Positions 1-9,600 of a stretch of 32,000 nucleotides of DNA are shown piece after piece. Location: NCBI RefSeq assembly GCF_000145295.1, contig NC_014408.1, positions 90,001 through 122,000 on the forward strand, in the 5' to 3' direction. Origin of the DNA: Methanothermobacter marburgensis str. Marburg (GTDB lineage Archaea; Methanobacteriota; Methanobacteria; Methanobacteriales; Methanothermobacteraceae). How positions within the stretch are numbered: the first letter of the stretch is position 1; each line of letters begins with the position of its first letter. The notes beneath the pieces were generated by a model that worked only from the letters and a program-made list of their open reading frames with translations, was not told the DNA's origin and ran no database searches. Position numbers and translations under genes: made by a program.

Positions 1-92
1 TCGGAGAGATGAAACCAGGAGACACCGTAAGGGCCACCGTTGAGGGTGTGGGAACACTTGAAAACAGGGTTGAATCTTCAGATATCCAATGA
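1..92 (+). CDS. 3' end of a fumarylacetoacetate hydrolase (FAH) family protein (partial; begins upstream of window)
   Basis: The frame is open from the window edge to TGA at 90-92. It translates to GEMKPGDTVRATVEGVGTLENRVESSDIQ*. This matches my recollection of the conserved FAH C-terminus (L-x-PGD-x-V-x-x-x-V/I-E-G-I/V-G-x-L-x-N). Only 29 codons are visible. Confidence 0.5.
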   Translation, partial: GEMKPGDTVRATVEGVGTLENRVESSDIQ

Positions 93-143
93 AAGCCAGC
101 ATCTGATAAAATAAGCGTTATAATCCCCAAGCCATTATATTAA

Positions 144-149
144 TTTTTT
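144..149 (+). terminator. oligo-T tract downstream of the FAH-family gene
   Basis: A T6 run lies about 50 nt after the stop, in an AT-rich convergent intergenic region. Archaeal terminators are typically oligo-T tracts. Confidence 0.3.
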
Positions 150-172
150 CAATAAAGGGCCAGGTACTGAAT

Positions 173-188
173 AAACAAAAAAACAAAA
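173..188 (-). terminator. oligo-T tract downstream of leuS
   Basis: The minus strand reads TTTTGTTTTTTTGTTT starting about 15 nt after the leuS TGA (203-205). Confidence 0.4.
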
Positions 189-202
189 TGTCCCCTTTAA
201 CC

Positions 203-3019
203 TCATGTCTCAAGGTATATTGCGGGTTTAAGGGGAACAGCATTTTTGGCCTTGTTTTCAGGGTCGTAGTCCGCATCACGGTGGATCACCACATCGGCCC
301 CCACCTCTGATTTTATGTAGTCACTGGCATCAACCAGTACACTGTACTCGTCCACCTCAACAACCTCAGATTTACCTGCATCCCGGAGGATCCTCCTCAC
401 GAATTCTGAGACCTCCTTCATGTTGCTGTGGACTTTGGAGGCTGAAACCCGCCCCATTATGGCACCCATATCCGGCTTTCCAACCTCAGATGCTATTCTC
501 AGGACATCCCACTTCCAGGGTGGCGATATGTAGAGGTGCACCCTCTCAGGTCGGGCGTCCAGTATCTTCATGATCTCCTGAATATCCCTGACGGTGTTCT
601 GGACCATCTCCTCTGCAACCTGGACCTCCCTGCTTATGGCTTCCTCCCTGAACCCGGGCCATGGGGCCTCTGATACGAAACCCTCACCACCGTATCTCTC
701 CCACATCTCCTCGGCTGTGTAGGGAGTGAATGGTGCCATGAGCCTTATCCAGGCGCTCAGAACATGTGCAAGCACCATTTTAACCTCCACGTCCACACGG
801 CCATCAACACGTGCCATGTAGTGGTCCACATCCTTTTTGAGGAGATATAGTGCCTCCTGCACTGCCTTACGGGTCTGGAATGACTCAAGGGCCTCTGTGG
901 CCTCTCTTATCCTGTGGTTTAGCTGGCAGATCATCCACTTACCAGCGAAACTTTCAGGCTCAAATTCAGGAAGCTCAGACAGGGCCAGTTCGCCGTCCCA
1001 GATCTCAGATACCCTTTCACCGAATTCCCTGAACCACTCGATGCGCCTCCTGGTCCCTATAACCTCCTTCTCCCTCCAGTCAAAGTCCTGCCAGGGCTCT
1101 GCAGATGACATGAGGAACAGGCGCACAACATCTGCTCCGTGCCTCTCTATTGCATCCCGCAGCAGTATCACGTTGCCCTTGGATGAGGACATCTTGTTAC
1201 CCTCAAGGAGGCCCATTCCAAATACAACAACACCACGGGGCCAGCGGGATTCAGGGAATATGGCGGAGTGATGGAATATGTGGAATGTCAGGTGGTTGCC
1301 TATGAGGTCCTTGGCAGATAGCCTCCAGTCAAGGGGGTACCAGTAGCTGAATTCCTCCCTGAGTTCATCCCCCGCTCCGGTTTCACCAAGGAAGACACTG
1401 TCAAAGAACTCATCATCCAGTTTCTCAGGGTCCATCCCCCTCAGTTTATGGGCGATGGTGTAGTAGGCCATGTAGATGGTTGAATCGGTGAGGGGCTCTA
1501 TTATCCACCTCTCATCCCAGGGGAGTCTTGTACCGAGACCTATCCTCCTGGAGCATGCCCAGTCATTCAGCCAGTCAATGTAGTACTGGAAGTTGGCCCT
1601 CACCTCCTCGGGTATTATCTTCATGCTGGAAAGGCACCTGTGGGCCACTTCCTTCCACTCCTCATCGGAGTACTTCATGAACCACTGGTCCTCCATGAGC
1701 CTCACAACGCACCTTCCACCGCAGCGGCATATCACAGGACGCTCTGCAAACTCGTACATCTCATCGGCCAGGCCCTCAGACTTCAGTTCATCTGCTATGA
1801 CCTCACGGGCCTCTGAAACCTTCATTCCACCGTAAACAGGGATGTGGCTGCTCATCACACCCTTGGCATGTTCGACCTTGTAGAGTTCCCCTGTGGCGTC
1901 CTCAAGGCGTTCATCCTCCTGACTCTCAACCCCGAATTTCTGGATTGCCTCTGCGGCAGGGAACATTCCGTAACCCTCAACTGTGATAACATTGATGGGC
2001 TCGAGGCCCTTAATCAAATCACCGAGACCATACCTTTCAAGCAGTTCAGAGTTCTTCTTTAGGTCCTCAAGGGCTATGAAATCTGCAGGGGCATGGGCAG
2101 GTACAGAGAATACAACTCCAGTGGCGTACTCGGGGTCAACGAATGAGGCTGGAAGTATGGGGTGATTTTCTCCGGTCACAGGGTTTTCAACTTCCCTTCC
2201 AATGAGTTCCCCAGGGTCCACGTCACCCTCAACCTCAAGGTCCAGCTTCTGATGGGAGAGGTTATCAAGGGATGCACGGCTTACTATCCACTCTTCACCG
2301 CCTGTCCGCACCCTCACATACTCCTCCTCCGGGTTCAACCAGAGGTTGGTTGCACCGTAGATTGTTTCGGGCCTGAAGGTGGCCGCAACAAGGTATGAAT
2401 CATCCATTCTGAACTTGAGGAGTGTGAGCTGGTTTATGGCCACACCCTCCCCCTCAAGGAGGTCGTGGTCACCGACAGGGTTTTCACAGTCAGGGCAGTA
2501 CTTCACTGGATGGGCACCCTTCCTAACAAGGCCCATGTCACGGAGCTTCCCTATCTGCCACTGTATGAACCTGCTGTAGGTGGGGTCCGTGGTCTTGAAT
2601 TCACGCCTCCAGTCTATGGAGTAACCCATATCCTCCATCACAGAACGGTATTCCCTGCTGAAGTATTCAACTATGTATTCGGGGTCACTGAAGCGTTCAA
2701 GTTCCTCCTCGGGTACCTTGTGGACCTCTCTGTAGATCTTGAGGGTCCAGGGGTCCTGTCTCTGTATCCTCCTGGCTATCCCTATTACCGGGGCCCCTGT
2801 GACGTGCCAGGCCATTGGAAATAGGACGTTGTATCCCTGCATCCTCTTGAAACGTGCATAGACATCCGGGACCGTGTAGGTCCTTCCGTGTCCTATGTGC
2901 ATGGCACCGCTGGGGTATGGATAGGCAACTGTCAGGAAGATCTTCTCTCTGTCATCGGGGTCAGCATGAAATATTCCTGCATCTCTCCACTTATCGCGCC
3001 ATTTACTCTCAATATCCAC
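203..3019 (-). CDS. leuS: leucyl-tRNA synthetase (archaeal type, 938 aa)
   Basis: Class I aaRS HIGH motif ([10 protein letters not shown]), a KMSKS variant (NKMSSSKG), a large editing insertion, and an N-terminus [16 protein letters not shown] typical of archaeal LeuRS. I place the start at GTG 3019, which has a GGTGAT SD 3 nt upstream and removes the 20-nt overlap with cutA. The ORF-track ATG at 3052 is the alternative. Confidence 0.93.
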   Translation of the reverse strand: MDIESKWRDKWRDAGIFHADPDDREKIFLTVAYPYPSGAMHIGHGRTYTVPDVYARFKRMQGYNVLFPMAWHVTGAPVIGIARRIQRQDPWTLKIYREVHKVPEEELERFSDPEYIVEYFSREYRSVMEDMGYSIDWRREFKTTDPTYSRFIQWQIGKLRDMGLVRKGAHPVKYCPDCENPVGDHDLLEGEGVAINQLTLLKFRMDDSYLVAATFRPETIYGATNLWLNPEEEYVRVRTGGEEWIVSRASLDNLSHQKLDLEVEGDVDPGELIGREVENPVTGENHPILPASFVDPEYATGVVFSVPAHAPADFIALEDLKKNSELLERYGLGDLIKGLEPINVITVEGYGMFPAAEAIQKFGVESQEDERLEDATGELYKVEHAKGVMSSHIPVYGGMKVSEAREVIADELKSEGLADEMYEFAERPVICRCGGRCVVRLMEDQWFMKYSDEEWKEVAHRCLSSMKIIPEEVRANFQYYIDWLNDWACSRRIGLGTRLPWDERWIIEPLTDSTIYMAYYTIAHKLRGMDPEKLDDEFFDSVFLGETGAGDELREEFSYWYPLDWRLSAKDLIGNHLTFHIFHHSAIFPESRWPRGVVVFGMGLLEGNKMSSSKGNVILLRDAIERHGADVVRLFLMSSAEPWQDFDWREKEVIGTRRRIEWFREFGERVSEIWDGELALSELPEFEPESFAGKWMICQLNHRIREATEALESFQTRKAVQEALYLLKKDVDHYMARVDGRVDVEVKMVLAHVLSAWIRLMAPFTPYTAEEMWERYGGEGFVSEAPWPGFREEAISREVQVAEEMVQNTVRDIQEIMKILDARPERVHLYISPPWKWDVLRIASEVGKPDMGAIMGRVSASKVHSNMKEVSEFVRRILRDAGKSEVVEVDEYSVLVDASDYIKSEVGADVVIHRDADYDPENKAKNAVPLKPAIYLET

Positions 3020-3032
3020 TGAATCACCGCCA

Positions 3033-3353
3033 TCATGGCTTTTTGACTTCATTATTTAACCATTCAAGGTAATCACGGGATCCCCCTGCTGTTATGGGAA
3101 TTGAAATTATGCATGGATTATCATAACTATGTAGTTCCCTAACTCTTTTAATTATTTGCTGGGTTAGTTCACTGGTTGTTTTAACAATAAGGACCGACTC
3201 CTCATCCTCCTCAAGGGAGCCCTCCCAGTGGTAGAATGATTTTATGGAGGGTATGATGTTCACACATGCTGCGAGCATCTCCTCAACAAGTCTACGCCCG
3301 ATCCTTGCCGATTCCTCCTGGCCGGAGGTCGTTATGTATATCAGCGTGAACAT
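3033..3353 (-). CDS. cutA: divalent-cation tolerance protein CutA
   Basis: 106 aa with a CutA1-like pattern (IYITT..., [22 protein letters not shown]). Its ATG overlaps the nadE stop as TGATG, and a GGTGAT SD lies 3 nt upstream. Confidence 0.88.
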   Translation of the reverse strand: MFTLIYITTSGQEESARIGRRLVEEMLAACVNIIPSIKSFYHWEGSLEEDEESVLIVKTTSELTQQIIKRVRELHSYDNPCIISIPITAGGSRDYLEWLNNEVKKP

Positions 3354-4138
3354 CAGATCACCCAGGGATCGGCTATTTCAGGGGGCCTGAGCTTGTGCCC
3401 TGCCGCATTTATCATACCCTGTATCCTCTTAACCTCTTCAACAGGCACTCCAAGTTCAGATGCGACCTCAGGAACCCCCATTTTTTTATCAACCAGCAGA
3501 AAGAGGATCTCATCCAGGACATCGTAACTTATCCCCAGTTCCTCCTCATCGGTCTGGCCGGGCCAGAGACCTGCTGATGGGGCCTTGGATATTATCTCGG
3601 ATGGAACACCAAGCTCCTCTGCAAGCATACGGACCTGTTTCTTGTAGAGGCATCCAATTGGAAGTATGTCGACTCCCCCATCACCGTATTTTGTGAAGTA
3701 ACCCACAAGGAGCTCTGTACGGTTACCGGTACCTGCCACAAGCCGGTTCATGGAGTTTGCATGGTAGTAGAGGACCATCATCCTTGCCCTTGGCTTGAGG
3801 TTTGCCAGAGCGATTTTGCTGGCCCGGTGACCGCATATACCACTGAATGACTCCAGAATGGGTTCAATGTCCACGGTCTCATATTCTATACCGGTTTCCT
3901 CTGCAACCAGCTCCGCATGTTTGAGGTCCTCGGGGGGTGTTGTGGCAGACGGCATGATTATGCCAAGGACCCTATCCGGGCCAAGGGCATCTGCTGCAAG
4001 GTAGGCGACAGTTGAAGAGTCCACACCCCCACTGAGACCCAGTACAACACCATCTGTCCTGCTATCATCCACCCTGGCCTTTATGAACTCCTCTATCCTC
4101 TCCCTCACGTGGGGACCAAGCCCTGGAACATGTCTCAT
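3353..4138 (-). CDS. nadE: NH3-dependent NAD+ synthetase
   Basis: PP-loop SGGVDSS and NadE-like blocks ([37 protein letters not shown]). The start is moved from 4222 to ATG 4138 (MRHVPGLGP...), which is preceded by GGGTGATTCC. The upstream 28 codons run into the AT-rich promoter. Confidence 0.9.
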   Translation of the reverse strand: MRHVPGLGPHVRERIEEFIKARVDDSRTDGVVLGLSGGVDSSTVAYLAADALGPDRVLGIIMPSATTPPEDLKHAELVAEETGIEYETVDIEPILESFSGICGHRASKIALANLKPRARMMVLYYHANSMNRLVAGTGNRTELLVGYFTKYGDGGVDILPIGCLYKKQVRMLAEELGVPSEIISKAPSAGLWPGQTDEEELGISYDVLDEILFLLVDKKMGVPEVASELGVPVEEVKRIQGMINAAGHKLRPPEIADPWVI

Positions 4139-4182
4139 GGAATCACCCTTTCCAAAGTAGCAATGGTTAAAAGTAAGTAGGG

Positions 4183-4197
4183 TATATTTTATATAAC
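4183..4197. promoter_or_regulatory. candidate shared TATA (box A) for divergent nadE operon and get3-like gene
   Basis: TATATTTTATATAAC sits in the 129-bp divergent spacer. It contains the methanogen box-A-like TTTATATA and lies about 45-75 nt from both start codons. Confidence 0.3.
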
Positions 4198-4219
4198 CAT
4201 ATAAATCAATGTAAGGTAA

Positions 4220-5242
<1,023 letters not shown>

Positions 5243-5449
5243 TTGGAATATAATATGTTTGGGGCTTATAATATTAAAAAATAATTAACCTCAAACACCA
5301 TTATTTTTACATAAAACATGTCTGAAGGCTTTAAAAATCCATAAAATTTTTAATCCACGATTTATCAGATTTTCAGGTTATATTGATGCATTAAGTTCAT
5401 TTTAAAGCGATGTTAGGTCTTATTTTTTTTAAAGAATCAAATGCCAAAA

Positions 5450-5458
5450 TTTATAATA
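5450..5458 (+). promoter_or_regulatory. candidate TATA box for the Hmd-paralog gene
   Basis: TTTATAATA lies about 50 nt upstream of ATG 5503, inside a 250-bp very AT-rich spacer. Confidence 0.3.
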
Positions 5459-5502
5459 TTCCTTCAAATTACTTAACAATATATTAACGTTAGGTGAGCA
5501 CT

Positions 5503-6528
5503 ATGAAAGTTGCAGTTTATGGCGCGGGTAATCAGAAACTTTATGTGGACCAGCTGAACTTGCCTGAAAAATACGGGGGTGAGGCACCCTACGGTGGAAG
5601 CAGGATGGCAATTGAATTTGCAGAGGCAGGTCATGATGTTGTGCTAGCAGAGCCAGCAAGGGAAATGCTGGATGATGCACACTGGAAGGTGGTTGAGGAT
5701 GCAGGTGTAACCGTAACAGACAGCGATGCTGAGGCAGCCAGCGAGGCAGAGATGGCAGTTCTCTTCACACCATTCGGTAAAAAGACCTTTGATATAGCCA
5801 AGGACATAACCAAGCACCTTCCAGAAGGCGCTGTGATAGCCAACACCTGTACCGTATCTCCGGTGGTCCTCTACTACGTCCTTGAAAGAGAACTTCGAAG
5901 GGACCGTCAGGACCTGGGTATAGCATCAATGCATCCCGCAGCTGTTCCTGGAACACCACAGCACGGCCACTACGTCATAGGTGGACACTCAAGCAGTGAA
6001 CTGGACATAGCCACCGATGAACAGATTTCAAGATGTGTTGAACTTGCAGAAAGCTGTGGTAAGACAGCATACGTTGTACCTGCAGACGTATCAAGTGCAG
6101 TTGCTGATATGGGATCCCTTGTAACTGCCGTAACACTTTCAGGTGTCCTTGACTACTACTACGTTGGTACCCAGATAATCAAGGCACCTGTGGAGATGGT
6201 TGAGAAGCAGATCCTCATGACACTCCAGACAATAGCATCCCTTGTTGAAACATCAGGTGTTAATGGAATGCTCAAGGCCATGAACCCTGAGCTCCTTGTG
6301 AGAAGTGCAAAGTCAATGCACCTCCTTGAGGAGCAGGAGGAACTGGATGCTGCAATCAACACACTCGCTGACCTTGATGATGAGGTTACCCAGTGGATAA
6401 ATAAGGGTGAGATCAGGCACACGGATCTCGTTGCAGCCCAGGCCCTTGCAAAGGAACTCAAGAACCTCATGGGTGGAAAGGCAGCAGAGGGTACCATAAG
6501 AAGGTGCATGAGGAAGATGTTCGAATAA
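5503..6528 (+). CDS. Hmd paralog (HmdII/HmdIII family, H2-forming methylene-H4MPT dehydrogenase-related protein)
   Basis: 341 aa with an N-terminal Rossmann-like MKVAVYGAGNQ. The segment PEGAVIANTCTVSP aligns with Hmd PEGAIVTHACTIP as I remember it, and the length and helical C-terminal part resemble Hmd. Start is at ATG 5503 (AGGTGA SD 5 nt upstream). Confidence 0.8.
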   Translation: MKVAVYGAGNQKLYVDQLNLPEKYGGEAPYGGSRMAIEFAEAGHDVVLAEPAREMLDDAHWKVVEDAGVTVTDSDAEAASEAEMAVLFTPFGKKTFDIAKDITKHLPEGAVIANTCTVSPVVLYYVLERELRRDRQDLGIASMHPAAVPGTPQHGHYVIGGHSSSELDIATDEQISRCVELAESCGKTAYVVPADVSSAVADMGSLVTAVTLSGVLDYYYVGTQIIKAPVEMVEKQILMTLQTIASLVETSGVNGMLKAMNPELLVRSAKSMHLLEEQEELDAAINTLADLDDEVTQWINKGEIRHTDLVAAQALAKELKNLMGGKAAEGTIRRCMRKMFE

Positions 6529-6532
6529 AACC

Positions 6533-6550
6533 TTTATTTTTAACTATTTT
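6533..6550 (+). terminator. T-rich terminator region after Hmd paralog
   Basis: TTTATTTTTAACTATTTT begins 5 nt after the TAA stop. Confidence 0.45.
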
Positions 6551-6560
6551 AAGAGAAACT

Positions 6561-6683
6561 ATTTTAAGAAGTGATTGCTTTTTAGATGGATTAAAATCAG
6601 TTTTAACGGTTATTCGCATTATTTAAGAAGTGATTGCTTTTCAAATAAAAAATAAATAAAAATCAGGTTACGGTTATTCTCAT
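6561..6683. repeat. imperfect direct repeat (about 60 bp x2) spanning the 3' end of the surface-protein gene and its downstream region
   Basis: TTAAGAAGTGATTGCTTTT occurs at 6564-6582 and 6623-6641. AATCAGTTTTAACGGTTATTCGCAT (6595-6619) resembles AATCAGGTTACGGTTATTCTCAT (6661-6683), which contains the stop and last codons of the gene. Confidence 0.7.
6643..6662 (-). terminator. oligo-T terminator after surface-protein gene
   Basis: The minus strand reads TTTTTATTTATTTTTTATTT immediately after the TGA stop (6663-6665). Confidence 0.55.
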
Positions 6684-9600
6684 ATCAACCGCCCTGAATG
6701 TCCTGCTTATATAGACGTAACTGTAACCCCTGATTGTCTTTGTGTGGCTGAGGGTTGCTGACAGTGTATCCGCCCTGAAGGTCTCAGATAACCTTATGGT
6801 CCTTGTGTACCTGCTTGGGTTGTAGATCTTCCTTGTTGTAACGATTCTTGCATTGTACGGGTAGTATCCGATGGTTGCAGTGTAGGAGCCTCTGGGTTTC
6901 AGTGTAAATCTGTAGGTCTTGTATGCCAGTTTCGAACCGCCTGATGAGTAAACTGTGACATAGTAGGTCACCGTTGCAGTGTAACTTCCGGTGTTTTTGA
7001 ATGTGAATCTGTAGGTCCTTTTGGGGGGGTTCACGTAAACCGTTGCGGTTTTCAGGTTGTTGATGCTGAATGTGTACGTACCTGGGGATGAGATGTACCT
7101 CTGGAATCTCAGGACTGCACCCTCATGGGGCCCCACTTTCACCGTGTAGGTACCGATGAGATTGCCGTTGAGGTAGACTGGAACTGTGAAGTCACCCTCA
7201 ACATCACCGGTGTTCTGGATTTCTGCTTCAACCTCGACGGTGGCTGATCCCACGGCACTGGATGGTGTCACATTGATGAACCCTATTTCAAGTGTGGCCG
7301 GTTTCAGTGCATTGACGTTTGCAGCCGGTAGCGTGTCAACGGTAACGGTATGGTTGCCCCGCTGTGTTATGGGGTATCTGAATGTTACGGTGGTCTCTCC
7401 ACCGGCAGCCACGTTCACGGTCCTTGATGCAACAGGTACCCCGTCTATGTAAAGCCTTGCGGTGTAGTTACCTGGAACGTCACCAACATTGGAGATCCTT
7501 GCAGATGCCTCAATGGTCAGGGGAAGAACCCCCTCGTGTGGTGAAACCAGCAGGTTGTCCACTACGAATGTGGCAGGCCTCAGGACCCTCACAGTCACAG
7601 GTGCAAGGTCATTAACCGTGACATCATGGATTCCAGGATCACTGAGCTCCACCCTGAAGAGTACCGTGGAGGCACCGGGTCCGGTAAGCTGCACGGTCTT
7701 ATTCTGAACATTCACTCCGTCTATGTAGAGCCTTGCGGTGTAGTTGCCGCTTCCAGTCTCAGCAGTGCTGATTCTTGCTGTAACGTTGAATATGAGTGGT
7801 GAAACACCTGAAGCTGGAGTTACGTTGAGGTTTGAGACTAATGGTTCATTGAGTACCCTCACGGTTACAGGTGCAAGTGCCCCTATGCCGGCAAGGTAGG
7901 TTCCTGGAGCATTAAGGGTGTGGTTGAACCTGACCTGAGATGTTCCGCCTGCAGGAACTGTCACCGTTCTTGTATCAACAGCTGCACCATTTATGTAAAG
8001 GGTTGCGATGTACTCTCCATCAACTTCCCCTGTATTTCTGAGTTTAGCGGATGCTGCAAGGTCAAGGGGACTGAATCCTGATGTTGGGGTGACGGTTAAA
8101 TCTGAGGCGGTTATATTCGCCGGTTTAAGGACCCTGACATTCCCTGTGAATCCATTGATTCCAACACTGTAGTTCCCGGGTAAGAGTGTTGTTTTCATTG
8201 ATATTTCCTTTGTTTCACCAGGGTTTAGGCTGACCGTGTTCTCCTGCACGGTTTGGTTGTTGACATGTAACCTTGCTGTGAACCCTATGACCATATCATA
8301 GGGGTTTGTCACGTTGAGGAGTGCTGTGACGTTCAGTGCACCCACTCCTGTTACAGGAGTAACACTGAAGCCTCCAAATACAGGGTCAGGGTCAAGCACC
8401 CTGATTTTAACCTCTTCACCGGAGTTAACACGGAGATTGTACTCCCCGGGAACAATGATCTGGTTCTTAATTGAAACCTTAACACTTGACCTTCCAGGGA
8501 CGGTAACCGTCCGGCTGTCCCATGCAACACCGTCAAGGTAGACGGTGACGGTGAAATCCCCTGGAAGGTCTCCCTGGTTCCTGACTGTGGCGTTCACAGT
8601 GACATTGAGGGGTGACTTACCCTCCAGTGGCGTTACTGTTACATTGGTGAGAGTGAAGCTGGCTGCACTGAGGGCCCTGACTGTGCCTGAAGTGGCGTTA
8701 TTGAGTGCTATGGTGTAAATTCCACTTTCGGGGAGTGTTATCATGGCAGAGAACGGTACCGTGCTTCCTGCGGGAACATCAAATGTCTGTTCATGGACAT
8801 CCACTCCATTGACATAGATTATGGCTGTGTAACTCCTTGTCTTTGAGTCTATGTTGGTGATATTCGCGGTGACCATGACATTCAGTGGTGCAAGACCACT
8901 TTCAGGTGTCAGCCTGAAACCGTCCACAAGGAACTTTTCACCCTCCATCACATTGACGGTGAGGGGTTCAAGGTCATTGATGGTTATTTCATGCACACCG
9001 GCGGCAAGGGTGCTGTTGAAGGATACCCTGACCCTTGATTTTGCATCAACAGTCACACTCTTGCTATCAACGAGAATCCCATCGACGTAGAGGCCAGCGG
9101 TGTATGTGTCAGGCAGATCACCGTAGTTCACAATATCAGCAGTCACGTTAACCCTGAGGGGTTCTGTGCCGGCACGCGGTAGTACTGTGAGATTTTCAGG
9201 GATTATGAGCGGGCCGCTGAATGCCCTCACAGTGAATGGCTGGAAGTTGTTCACGGTAACAGAATATGTTCTGCTGTTCCTGAGAAGGTATTCGAAGCTA
9301 AAGTCCCTTGTTGCTTTTGAGGCCACCTCTATCCACTGCCATAAGACCTCGTATCCGTTAACGTAGAGCCCGAGGCGGTACCATCCGCTGGCATCCCCGT
9401 AGTTGGTGATTTTACCGTTAACTGTAATTGATAGGGGTGCTGTTCCATTCACCGGTGTTACACTGAGGTTACTTATGAAGAAGGGTGTGAACCTTGTTAG
9501 GAAACCATCTGATAGTCCTGTGAGTTTCATTTTGATGGCATCTGATGTCACAGGGAAATTGTTTGACCAGGTCTTCCCGGCAACATAGACGTTCTGGTAG

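Noticed and set aside
837-1271. 144-aa ORF (and several 60-120-aa ORFs, 850-3072) on the + strand inside leuS
   Set aside because: These lie entirely antisense to a well-supported aaRS gene. They have low-complexity Ser/Arg/Pro-rich translations and no SD. They are typical shadow ORFs.
7440-7750. Near-identical DNA stretch between Ig-like repeats 7 and 8, as possible assembly collapse or very recent duplication
   Set aside because: The identity is limited to about 28 nt. The repeats as a whole are only about 45% identical at the protein level, which is consistent with old divergence plus a conserved motif.
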